NCBI GenBank assembly: GCA_016207165.1
Contig: JACQQD010000001.1
Span: 96,001 to 160,000, forward strand
Direction: 5' to 3'
Origin: Candidatus Micrarchaeota archaeon
Lineage (GTDB): Archaea > Micrarchaeota > Micrarchaeia > Norongarragalinales > Norongarragalinaceae
DNA: 64,000 bases
The notes below the pieces were generated by a model. The model was not told the DNA's origin and did no database searches. It saw only the letters and a list, made by a program, of their open reading frames with translations. Both the position numbers and the translations under genes were made by a program. The first letter of the stretch is position 1. Every line of letters starts with the position of its first letter. Below are positions 28,405 to 37,504 of the stretch, piece by piece.

Positions 28405-29378
28405 AAACCGATCCGAACAAGATTCTGCCCATGAAGTACTTGTGGGCGCGCGAGCACTACAAAAGCGGTGTGGCGAACAACTGGGTGCCGGAGGAAGTCT
28501 CCATGCAGAAAGACGTGGAGCAGTGGAAGGATCCAAGCGTCTTGTCGGAAACGGAGCGCCGCATGATTTTGTGGAACCTCGGCTTTTTCTCGACGGCGGA
28601 GTCCCTCACGGCCAACAACATCGTTTTGGCGGTGTACAACCACGTGACGAACCCCGAATGCCGCCAGTACTTGTTGAGGCAGGCGTACGAGGAGGCCGTG
28701 CACACCGACACGTTCATTTACTGCTGTGATACGCTGGGCTTGGATCCCGAGGAAATCTACAACATGTACAAGACCATTCCGTCCATCAAGAAGAAAGACG
28801 ACTTCGTCGTTGACCTGACCAAATCGATTTTCGACCCGCACTTTACCACGGAAGGCACGCAGAACATTCAGGCTTTTTTGCGGGACTTGGTGGGTTTCTA
28901 CGTCATCATGGAGGGCATCTTCTTTTACGCGGGCTTCGCCATGATGTTGGCGCTCAAGCGGCAGAACAAGATGGTGGGCGTGGGCGAGCAGTTCGAGTAC
29001 ATCATGCGGGACGAGAGCCTGCACTTGGCGTTTGGCTGTGACTTGATCAACCAGATCAAGGCGGAATTTCCCCAGGCGTGGACGCAGGAGTTCCAGGACG
29101 AAATCGTTGACTTGGTCAAAAAATCCGTGGTCTTGGAGCAGACGTACGCCGACGACGCGTGTCCGCAAGGGCTTTTGGGCATCAATTCCAAGGAATTCAA
29201 GAAATACGTTGAGTACATTGCGGACCGGCGGCTGTTGAGACTGGACTTGCCGAAGGTCTACAACCGGGAAAACCCGTTTCCCTGGATGAGCACGGCGACC
29301 GACTTGAACAAGGAAAAGAATTTCTTCGAGACGCGGGTCACGGAGTACCAGACCGCCGGATCGCTTGAATGGGATTGA
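28383..29378 (+). CDS. nrdB: Ribonucleotide reductase beta subunit, class Ic (R2c)-type
   Basis: FFSTAESL, EEAVHTDTF, EGIFFY, RDESLH and NFFE. Confidence 0.95.
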   Translation: MSIINNPKTDPNKILPMKYLWAREHYKSGVANNWVPEEVSMQKDVEQWKDPSVLSETERRMILWNLGFFSTAESLTANNIVLAVYNHVTNPECRQYLLRQAYEEAVHTDTFIYCCDTLGLDPEEIYNMYKTIPSIKKKDDFVVDLTKSIFDPHFTTEGTQNIQAFLRDLVGFYVIMEGIFFYAGFAMMLALKRQNKMVGVGEQFEYIMRDESLHLAFGCDLINQIKAEFPQAWTQEFQDEIVDLVKKSVVLEQTYADDACPQGLLGINSKEFKKYVEYIADRRLLRLDLPKVYNRENPFPWMSTATDLNKEKNFFETRVTEYQTAGSLEWD

Positions 29379-29416
29379 CTTTTAGTTTTTTTCTTTTTTC
29401 CCAGGCGAAAAGCACT

Positions 29417-29968
29417 CTAGCTTTTTTTCTTCTTTTTCGCAAGCGCCGGCTGCCTTTCGGTTTTGTGCGTTTTGTCGTGGGAGTCTTCGTGGAAGACGCG
29501 TCGGCCGGAGAGCTTGAGGTTGGCCCAATTCAACACCACGAACGTGACGAAGTACGACGCCATGGCGTGCACGCTGGTCCAGCCGTTGGCGTACGTCAAC
29601 AACTTGTAATCCAAGAGCAGGCCTTCAATGCCGACGCCGACCATGGCCAGCAACAGCGACGTGGACACGACGTACAAGGCGTCGGCGCGGGGCTGCATGA
29701 TGAGGTGGTAGGCCATGCCGGCCAGAATCGCGATGAAGACGACTTGGATGGGAACCGCCCACAGGAACAGGGGGCTTCCAAAGGAAGTCCAGAGCCCGGC
29801 TTGTGCGCCGAAGTTTTCGAACACGAAGTCAGCCAGCGCCAGAAACAATCCGAGGAGAATCGCTTTTTTCAGGGTTTCCGCATTGGGGCGGAGGTAGGCG
29901 ATGATTGTGGCGAGGAGGCCGACTCCCAACGCAAAAAGGTACGTCCACAACGTGATTTCGACGAGCAT
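29417..29968 (-). CDS. Membrane protein
   Basis: About six hydrophobic segments. Confidence 0.7.
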   Translation of the reverse strand: MLVEITLWTYLFALGVGLLATIIAYLRPNAETLKKAILLGLFLALADFVFENFGAQAGLWTSFGSPLFLWAVPIQVVFIAILAGMAYHLIMQPRADALYVVSTSLLLAMVGVGIEGLLLDYKLLTYANGWTSVHAMASYFVTFVVLNWANLKLSGRRVFHEDSHDKTHKTERQPALAKKKKKS

Positions 29969-30002
29969 GGAAGGCTTACGCGGACTTGGTTTTTAAACCA
30001 TT

Positions 30003-30530
30003 TCAATTGACGTTGATGGTCAGCGTTCCTTTCAGCACGCCGGAGGTCGGCCAGTAATTCGAGATTTTGACTTGGCCTTGCGGCGTGAATTCCACTGTCT
30101 TGGTCTCGCCCACGGCAAAGCGGACGGTTTCAAATGCGTCGCTTTTGACGTCGCCTCCGGCAAAGTAGACGTTGGTGTCCCGCATCTTGATGGTCAGCTT
30201 CAGTGGCACGCCTTTCTTGACGGTGATTTCTCCGGGGTACCACGCGTTGTCGTCGACTTCCACGTACACTCCGGGTTCCGGCGTGGGCGTCTGAGTCGGC
30301 GTCAACGTGGCGGTGGCGTTTGGTTCACTTGCCACTTCCGTTGGTTCGGATGCCGCTTCTGGGCTCGGCGTTTCTGTGGGCGTGGCCGTCACCGTGGGGG
30401 TTTGGGTGGGCGTGACGTCTTCGTGAAGCACGTCTTGGATCGGCGTGGGGGTGGCTTGCGCGCCTCCGGGTGGTTGCACGCAACCGAACAGGAACACGGA
30501 GGCCAAAAGCAATGCGGCGAGCAACTTCAT
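30003..30530 (-). CDS. Lipoprotein with cupredoxin-like C-terminal domain
   Basis: LFGC lipobox, Thr/Pro linker, PGEITVKKG...GETKTVEFTP...KGTLTIN. Confidence 0.65.
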   Translation of the reverse strand: MKLLAALLLASVFLFGCVQPPGGAQATPTPIQDVLHEDVTPTQTPTVTATPTETPSPEAASEPTEVASEPNATATLTPTQTPTPEPGVYVEVDDNAWYPGEITVKKGVPLKLTIKMRDTNVYFAGGDVKSDAFETVRFAVGETKTVEFTPQGQVKISNYWPTSGVLKGTLTINVN

Positions 30531-30617
30531 GAATCAATTCACTTGTTGGCCCTATGGGGTTTCGTGGTTTAAGTGGGTTTTGTTTTCAGGATCGCGTGGT
30601 TGATTCGCCTCGGCACG

Positions 30618-31313
30618 TCACGTTTTCTTGATGATGTTGCCCCGTCCCTTCTTGATTTTCCGGATGAGGTTTCGGTCCTCCAATTCCGTCAGTTCCATGG
30701 AGACTTTTGCCTCGCTCCAGTCGTTCAAGGCTTTGCGCAGTTCCTTTTGCGCGCAGCGTCCGTTAAAGGAGTCGATGACTCGCAAGACCTTGTTTTGGTC
30801 GGTTGTCAGGGGCGTGTCAATGGGTTTAGCGGGCGTCAAGCCGGGCTGAATTTTGGTTTCCTGGGGCGCACGGGTTTTGTTCCGGTACATCAGGTACGCC
30901 GCGGCGGCCAAGGCCAAAAGCGTCGCCAAGGCGTAGGCCCACCAAGCCGACGATTCGGTTTGCGTGGATGGATTGGTCGGAACGTCGGATGCGTTAAGGA
31001 CCTCTTCCAACAGTTCCGTGTCGTCGTCCACGTCGCCCAACAATATCAAGTCGATGCGGTAGCTTCCCTCCTGGGCTACGGTCACCATTTTTTCCGCCGA
31101 GGCGTTGGCTTGCCGGGCGGACAGAAGGTACGTGCCCGGCCCGACTTGGAATTCATAGGAGCCGTTGACGGCCACGATTTCCTGCAAAGGCGTCGTGTTC
31201 AAAGTCACCAACGCCTGAGTGCTTGGGTTGAGTGACTCGTCGTAGAGGTTTCCGTACAAGACGGATGCCGAAGCCAATCCGCAGAACGCCAACCAGAAAA
31301 ACCATTGCTTCAT
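30618..31313 (-). CDS. Membrane-anchored protein with C-terminal winged HTH
   Basis: Signal peptide, TM helix, QKELRK...SEAKVSMELTELE...KKGRGN; ATG at 31313. Confidence 0.8.
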   Translation of the reverse strand: MKQWFFWLAFCGLASASVLYGNLYDESLNPSTQALVTLNTTPLQEIVAVNGSYEFQVGPGTYLLSARQANASAEKMVTVAQEGSYRIDLILLGDVDDDTELLEEVLNASDVPTNPSTQTESSAWWAYALATLLALAAAAYLMYRNKTRAPQETKIQPGLTPAKPIDTPLTTDQNKVLRVIDSFNGRCAQKELRKALNDWSEAKVSMELTELEDRNLIRKIKKGRGNIIKKT

Positions 31314-31524
31314 GCAGAACTTCTTTGGCGCGTGCCGCACTTTTAATCCGTCCGTTTTTGCCAAAACGCAGGCTTCCTGAAGCTTTGCTTGCTTTTTTGA
31401 GACTGGGTAAAGCTTTGCGGACTGGTTTTTTCGAAAGAATGTTTTTATACGCCGAATTCCGCAGGTGTCCGGTTTTAATGAAATGCGGCGTTGGGTGCCG
31501 CGTGAACTTCGAGGTGTTGAAGGT

Positions 31525-32751
31525 ATGAAATGGTTGAACGTGGGTTTGATGGCGTTGTTGTTGATTGGAATGGTGGGCTTGGTGGCTGCCGAGGACACCG
31601 GTGCGTCGGCTGGCGGTTCGGCGGATGCTTCCGTGAACGTCAAGCCATCCGCCCGGCCGTTGGGCGCCAAGGTGGCGGATCGCGTCAATGACGTCGCAGC
31701 CAATGCCCGAGATCGGGTTCAAAACGTCCGGGATAACGTCCAGGACCGCGTTAAGGATGTCCGTGAGAACGTGAGGGAGCGTCTGAACGAAGCGGATGAC
31801 CGAAAAGTTCTTGACCGCCAGCAGGCGTTTCGTGATAAGGTGGTTGACCGACAAAACCGGATTCAAGACGGCCTCCAGGAAAAGTTTGGTGACCGTTTGG
31901 AGCAAGTCCGGGAACAGCGCGCCGAGCGCTTGGACGCGGTGAAAGAGAGAATTGCGGACGCGGAAGGCCGGTTGAAGGAGTTTCGAGCCAAATTGAACTT
32001 GACGGATGAAGAAAAAAACGAGTTTAAGGCCAAGGTCGTCGAACACTTGCAGGCGGGCTTTGACCAACGCATCGCGTTGGCGGAAAAACTGGAAGCGGAG
32101 GGGGCGGACGCCCAGTTGGTGGCGGACTTTATCTTGTTTGCCCAAGGCCAAAAGGAAGCGTTTGCCGCGGCGGAGACCAACGATGAACGCCGTGACTTGG
32201 TCGTGGAATTCAACCAGAAATGGCGTGAGTTCAAGCAGGCCGTTGCCAAAGGCATGGCGTCGCACCGGATCGAGTTGGCGGTTGCCAAGGCGCGGGAATT
32301 GCTGGAGCGCATGTCGGGCGTGATTGACCGGTTGGAAGCGGCAGGCTTTGACGTCTCCAAATTGGATGCGTTGGAGGACCGCATTGACGAGAAACTGGAA
32401 TCCGTGCTTCAGCAGGAGACCCTGCGCGAGGCGGTGCACGAGTTGAAGCAAGCGCACAAGGGCCTGATGCATTTAAAGCGCGCCATTCAGGCCGTCATCA
32501 ACCACGAATTGGTCGACGAATTCCGGGAAGACCCGGCGCCGTCGGCGGTGGGCGCTGACGTGGCCGTCGAGTTGACTACGTCGGCTGCGGTGGACGCTGA
32601 AGCCGGGGAATCCACGGATTCCGATGACGCGGCACAAGAACCTTCCGCCACGCCGTCGGCCTCCGAAATTCCGACCGCATCGGCGGACGCGTCCGCTTCT
32701 CCGCAAGCCTCCGCCAGTGCCGAGGCTTCGGTGGCCGCTTCCGCTTCCTGA
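31525..32751 (+). CDS. Secreted coiled-coil protein
   Basis: Signal peptide, charged helical repeats and an Ala/Ser tail. Confidence 0.75.
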   Translation: MKWLNVGLMALLLIGMVGLVAAEDTGASAGGSADASVNVKPSARPLGAKVADRVNDVAANARDRVQNVRDNVQDRVKDVRENVRERLNEADDRKVLDRQQAFRDKVVDRQNRIQDGLQEKFGDRLEQVREQRAERLDAVKERIADAEGRLKEFRAKLNLTDEEKNEFKAKVVEHLQAGFDQRIALAEKLEAEGADAQLVADFILFAQGQKEAFAAAETNDERRDLVVEFNQKWREFKQAVAKGMASHRIELAVAKARELLERMSGVIDRLEAAGFDVSKLDALEDRIDEKLESVLQQETLREAVHELKQAHKGLMHLKRAIQAVINHELVDEFREDPAPSAVGADVAVELTTSAAVDAEAGESTDSDDAAQEPSATPSASEIPTASADASASPQASASAEASVAASAS

Positions 32752-32839
32752 CTTTTTTCTTTTTCCCTTTTTTTATCCAAAGGCATAAAAGGCGTGCGTG
32801 CCTGTGCTGTCAAAACGTAATTGTTGAGGTGTTTCCGTC

Positions 32840-33079
32840 TTGAGGTTTGCATTGTTGGGTTTGCTGTTGGTGGCTTCGTTGGTTTTGTTCGGTTGCACGC
32901 AGCCAACGTCGCCTTCCGCTACGCCGGGTCCCTCTGCTTCCGCATCGGTTGTGCCAAGCGTGGATGCGTCGGTGGCGTCTGAAGTCAGCGCCGTGGATAC
33001 GAGTTTGGGCGACTTGGAGTCGTTGGACGAGTTGACGGCCGGCGACTTGGACACGTCCGACTTTGACCGGCTGGGCTAG
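32840..33079 (+). CDS. Small lipoprotein
   Basis: LFGC lipobox and acidic C-terminus. Confidence 0.65.
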   Translation: MRFALLGLLLVASLVLFGCTQPTSPSATPGPSASASVVPSVDASVASEVSAVDTSLGDLESLDELTAGDLDTSDFDRLG

Positions 33080-33080
33080 A

Positions 33081-34559
33081 TTATTTTTCTATTTTTTCCC
33101 TTTTTTTGCGGTGGAAGGTCACCGCGAAGCGGTGGACTTCGTCCCTCATTTTCTGGAGGAGTTTGAGGCCGGCGTGGTTTTTCGGCAATTGGATGGGTTG
33201 GCTTCGGCCTTGCACGTGGATTTCCTCGAATTCTTTGGCCAACGCGATGGTGGAGATGCGCACCGCGGCGTCATCCATGGCTTTAAGCGAAGCGGATAAT
33301 TGGCCTTTGCCGCCGTCGATGAGGACGAGGTCGGGAAGTTTCTTGTTTTCGCGGCGGAGCCGGTCGTAGCGTCGGAAAACCATTTCGCGCATGGCGGCGA
33401 AGTCGTCGGGCATCGGGTTTTGGGTGTTTGCCGCTTGGATGTTGAAGTGGCGGTAGTTTTTTTTGTCGGGTTGGCCGTCTTGGAAACAAACCATGGCGCC
33501 CACGGTTTGATTGCCTTGGAGGGTGGATACATCAAATGCTTCGATGACGTGTGGGGTTTTGCGGAGGTTCAAGGTTTTTTGCAGGTCGAGGATTTCCACG
33601 GGAATGGTTTGGTGGAGCATGCGGGCCGCGTTTTCTTCGGCGAGTTCAAGCAGGTTGGCGGCGACGCCAGTCTTGGGTGTTTTCAGGCGCGTGTCCGGGA
33701 AAAGGGCTTGGGGTAAGGGCTGGCGGGTAATGATTTCTTTTGGAGGACGGCGCGTGGCGTAGTACTGGATGAGGAATTCCTCCACCGGGTTTTCGTTGAG
33801 GGACTCGTACGCGTATTTTTGTTGTTCGGATAGAACGCCAAATCGGACGCGGAAGACTTGGAAGGCCACGCGTTCTCCGTCTTGGCCAAATCCCAGCACG
33901 TCTTGGTGGGCGGAGGTTTTTTGTTCGACGCTTTGTTTTTCTTCCAGCGCATCCAAGGCGGCCAACCGGTTTTTGTAAAGCAACGCTTTCTCGTATTCCT
34001 GGTTGTTGGAGGCGGTTTTCATGCGTTCTTGGAGTTGGTCCTTCAGGTCGGTTTTTCCTTCCAACACCGTTTCAAAGAGCGCGTAGGCTTCGTCTTGTTC
34101 GGCTTTTTCCAGGGGTTTCCCGGTTTTCTGGAAATACAGGGCGCGCAGGTACTTGATCAATTCGAATCGGTGGCTGCCTTTTCCAAACGGGCCATAGACT
34201 TTGCCTTTCGGGAATTTTTGTCCGGGCACTCGGCGCACGGTTTTGAGGCGAAGCGGATTCTTCTGTAAAACCAGGTACGCGTAGCGGATGCCGTCCTTGA
34301 GCATGACGTTGTATTGCGGCTGAAGGGCTTGGATGAGGCGTTGTTCCAAGAGCAGCGCCTCCGTTTCGGTGTGCGTGACGGTGACGTCCACGGACGTGGC
34401 TTCCAGAACCAGGCGTTGGGCTTTTTCGGGCGCGTCGGATGAAAAGTATGAGGCGACGCGGTGGGAGATGTTTTTGGCTTTGCCGACGTACAATACCTCG
34501 TCGCCGTGCTTGAATTGGTAGACGCCGGGGCGGTTGGGTAGGGCTTCGGGCTTGTTCAT
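33081..34559 (-). CDS. uvrC: Excinuclease ABC subunit C
   Basis: PGVY...YVGKAKN GIY-YIG domain, LIDGGKGQL and RDEVHRFA; ATG at 34559. Confidence 0.95.
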   Translation of the reverse strand: MNKPEALPNRPGVYQFKHGDEVLYVGKAKNISHRVASYFSSDAPEKAQRLVLEATSVDVTVTHTETEALLLEQRLIQALQPQYNVMLKDGIRYAYLVLQKNPLRLKTVRRVPGQKFPKGKVYGPFGKGSHRFELIKYLRALYFQKTGKPLEKAEQDEAYALFETVLEGKTDLKDQLQERMKTASNNQEYEKALLYKNRLAALDALEEKQSVEQKTSAHQDVLGFGQDGERVAFQVFRVRFGVLSEQQKYAYESLNENPVEEFLIQYYATRRPPKEIITRQPLPQALFPDTRLKTPKTGVAANLLELAEENAARMLHQTIPVEILDLQKTLNLRKTPHVIEAFDVSTLQGNQTVGAMVCFQDGQPDKKNYRHFNIQAANTQNPMPDDFAAMREMVFRRYDRLRRENKKLPDLVLIDGGKGQLSASLKAMDDAAVRISTIALAKEFEEIHVQGRSQPIQLPKNHAGLKLLQKMRDEVHRFAVTFHRKKREKIEK

Positions 34560-34681
34560 TTGGTTTTCTTTTTGTTTTTTTTGAAGACGTTTTCCCATTC
34601 TTCATCTTCGGGGTTGTCCCAAAGCTCCGTCATTTTAGGTTTTTGGGCCTGTTTGAGGAACTCCTTTTCTTCGTTGTTCAT
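34556..34681 (-). CDS. Small protein, 41 aa (MNNEEKEFLKQAQKPKMTELWDNPEDEEWENVFKKNKKKTK)
   Basis: ATGA overlaps with both the uvrA stop and the uvrC start. Confidence 0.6.
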   Translation of the reverse strand: MNNEEKEFLKQAQKPKMTELWDNPEDEEWENVFKKNKKKTK

Positions 34682-37500
34682 GGTGATGCCTCTTGGAGGG
34701 TTTTCTTCAAATAGGCTCCTGTGAAGCTGTCCTTGTTTTTGGCGACGTCTTCCGGCGTGCCTTGGGCGACGATGTATCCGCCGGCGTCCCCGCCTTCGGG
34801 GCCCAAGTCAATGACCCAGTCGGATGACTTGACCACGTCCAAGTTGTGTTCGATGACCAAAACAGTGTTGCCAGCGTCCACGAGGCGTTGCAGGACGTTG
34901 AGGAGTTTGTCGACGTCGTCGAAATGCAGGCCGGTGGTGGGTTCATCCAGCAAGTACAGGGTGTTGCCGGTGGCGCGTTTGGAGAGTTCCGCGGCCAGTT
35001 TGATGCGCTGCGCTTCGCCGCCGGAAAGGGTTGTAGCGGATTGGCCGAGTTTGATGTAGCCGAGGCCCACGTCGAAGATGGTTTGGAGTTTTTCCTGGAC
35101 GCGGGGAATTTTTGAAAAGAATTCCAGGGCTTCCTCGACGCTCATGTCCAAGACGTCGGAAATGGTTTTGTGTTTGTACGTCACGTCCAACGTCTCTTTC
35201 TGGTATCTTCGGCCGAGGCATTGTTCGCAGGACACGTACACGTCCGGCAAGAATTGCATCTCGATTTTTATGGTGCCGTGGCCCTCGCATTTCTCGCAGC
35301 GGCCGGACTTGACGTTGAACGAGAACCGTCCGGCGCTGTATCCGCGGGCGCGCGCCTCCGGCGTGGCGGCGAAAAGCTGTCGGATGACGTCAAACACGCC
35401 GATGTACGTGGCGGGATTGCTTCGGGGCGTGCGGCCGATGGGGGACTGGTCCACCAAAATGATTTTGTCGACTTCGTTTCGGCCCTCGATTTTCTCGTGT
35501 TGGCCCGGTTTTTCCTTGGCGCCAAAGAAGTGTTGGGCGAGGGCTTTGTAGAGCACGTCGTGGCACAGCGTGCTTTTCCCAGAACCGGACACGCCGGTGA
35601 CGCACGTGAATGTCTTGAGGGGGATGGACACGTCGATGTGTTTGAGGTTGTGTTCGCCTGCTTTTTTCACGACCATTTTTTTCTTTCCCGTACGGCGTTT
35701 GGGGGGTAGGGCAATGGATTTTTCGCGGCGGAGGTAGGCGCCGGTGAGGCTGTTTTTGTTGGATTGGATTTGCTTGGGGGTTCCCTGCGCCACCACGTGG
35801 CCGCCGTGGATGCCGGCTTTGGGTCCCAAGTCGACGACGAAGTCCGCGGCGCGGATGGTGTCCTCGTCGTGTTCTACGACGAGAACCGAGTTGCCCAAGT
35901 CGCGAAGGCGTTGAAGGGTTTCGATGAGTTTGTGGTTGTCTTTTTGGTGTAAGCCGATGGAGGGTTCGTCCAATACGTACAGGACGCCGGTGAGGTTGGA
36001 GCCGATTTGGGTGGCCAATCGGATGCGTTGGCCTTCGCCTCCGCTTAAAGTCGCGGCTTTTCTGGATAACGTCAGGTAGTCCAGGCCCACGTTGTGCAGG
36101 AACGACAGCCGGGAATTGATTTCCTTGAGGATCATCGACGCGATTTGGCGTTGGCGGTTGTCGAGTTTCACGGCTTGGAAGAATTCCCGGAGTTCGTGGA
36201 TGGGGTAATTGGTTAATTCAATGATGTCTTGGCCTTGGATTTTGACGGCGAGGCTTTCTTTTTTGAGTCGTTTGCCGTTGCACGCCGTGCAGTCAATGGA
36301 CCGCATGTATTGCTCGAGTTGTTCCCTTCGGGCGTCGGTTTCCGCGGACTCGTACTGGCGCAAAAGTTGGGGTATGACGCCTTCAAAGCTTCCGGAGTGT
36401 TGCCACTTGGAGTCGCTGGTTTTGGCGTAGAACGTGAATTGGAAGGTGTCCTCGGACCCAAACAAGAGGGCTTGGCGTTGTTGGGGGGTGTATTGGCGGA
36501 GGGGTTGGTTCAAGTCGAATCCCAGGCGTTTGCCGACTTGGGCGGCGGTCTGCAGGCGGTAGGACTTGAACATGCCGCGCCAGGGCCGAACGGCTCCCTC
36601 GTTGAGCGAAAGCTCGGGTTCGGGGATGATCAAGTCGGGGTCGAACTCTTTTTTTTCGCCGAGCCCGTTGCATTCCGGGCACGCGCCAAACGGCGAGTTG
36701 AAGGAGAACATGCGGGGCTCGACTTGCTGGATGCTGGTGCCGCAGTCCGCGCAGGCGTTGTTTTGGGAGTAGAGCTGGTCCTTTCCGTTCAGGACGGCTA
36801 TCATTTCGCCTTTTCCGGATTTCAGCGCCGCTTCCACGCTGTCCGCCAAGCGCGTTCGTTCCAGTTCGCCGGGCGCAAACCGGTCGACGACGGCTTCAAT
36901 GGAGTGGCGCTCGTATTTGGCGAGTTTGACTTGGTCGGCGTCATCCAAATCCAGGGGTTTTCCGTCGACGCGGGCCATGGAGTAACCTTGTTTTTTCAGA
37001 TCGGAAAACACGTATTCGTAAGTGCCTTTTTTTTCGCGGACGACGGGGGACAACACCACGACTTCGCCTTCTTCTTTCAGAAGCGCTTCGGTGATGCGTT
37101 GCGCGGACTGGCCTTCAATGGGTTTGCCGCATTTCGGACAATGCGCGGTGCCGATGCGGGCGTACAACAACCTCAAGTAGTCGTAGATTTCCGTGACCGT
37201 TCCGACGGTGGAGCGGGGGTTCTTGGACACGCTTTTTTGTTCGATGGCGATCGCCGGACTTAGTCCGTCGATGGAGTCGACGTCGGGTTTTTCCATCAAG
37301 CCCAAGAATTGCCGTGCGTAGGCGGAGAGGGATTCGACGTAGCGGCGTTGGCCTTCGGCGTAAATGGTGTCAAACGCGAGGGTGGATTTTCCGCTTCCGC
37401 TTAAACCGGTGATGACGACCAACTGGTTTTTGGGAATGTCCAGGGAAATGTTTTTGAGGTTGTGTTCGCGGGCTCCTTTGACGGAAATGTAGTTTTTCAT
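34678..37500 (-). CDS. uvrA: Excinuclease ABC subunit A
   Basis: GAREHNLK, two Walker A motifs, LSGGE signatures and zinc fingers. Confidence 0.98.
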   Translation of the reverse strand: MKNYISVKGAREHNLKNISLDIPKNQLVVITGLSGSGKSTLAFDTIYAEGQRRYVESLSAYARQFLGLMEKPDVDSIDGLSPAIAIEQKSVSKNPRSTVGTVTEIYDYLRLLYARIGTAHCPKCGKPIEGQSAQRITEALLKEEGEVVVLSPVVREKKGTYEYVFSDLKKQGYSMARVDGKPLDLDDADQVKLAKYERHSIEAVVDRFAPGELERTRLADSVEAALKSGKGEMIAVLNGKDQLYSQNNACADCGTSIQQVEPRMFSFNSPFGACPECNGLGEKKEFDPDLIIPEPELSLNEGAVRPWRGMFKSYRLQTAAQVGKRLGFDLNQPLRQYTPQQRQALLFGSEDTFQFTFYAKTSDSKWQHSGSFEGVIPQLLRQYESAETDARREQLEQYMRSIDCTACNGKRLKKESLAVKIQGQDIIELTNYPIHELREFFQAVKLDNRQRQIASMILKEINSRLSFLHNVGLDYLTLSRKAATLSGGEGQRIRLATQIGSNLTGVLYVLDEPSIGLHQKDNHKLIETLQRLRDLGNSVLVVEHDEDTIRAADFVVDLGPKAGIHGGHVVAQGTPKQIQSNKNSLTGAYLRREKSIALPPKRRTGKKKMVVKKAGEHNLKHIDVSIPLKTFTCVTGVSGSGKSTLCHDVLYKALAQHFFGAKEKPGQHEKIEGRNEVDKIILVDQSPIGRTPRSNPATYIGVFDVIRQLFAATPEARARGYSAGRFSFNVKSGRCEKCEGHGTIKIEMQFLPDVYVSCEQCLGRRYQKETLDVTYKHKTISDVLDMSVEEALEFFSKIPRVQEKLQTIFDVGLGYIKLGQSATTLSGGEAQRIKLAAELSKRATGNTLYLLDEPTTGLHFDDVDKLLNVLQRLVDAGNTVLVIEHNLDVVKSSDWVIDLGPEGGDAGGYIVAQGTPEDVAKNKDSFTGAYLKKTLQEASP

Positions 37501-37504
37501 TTTT

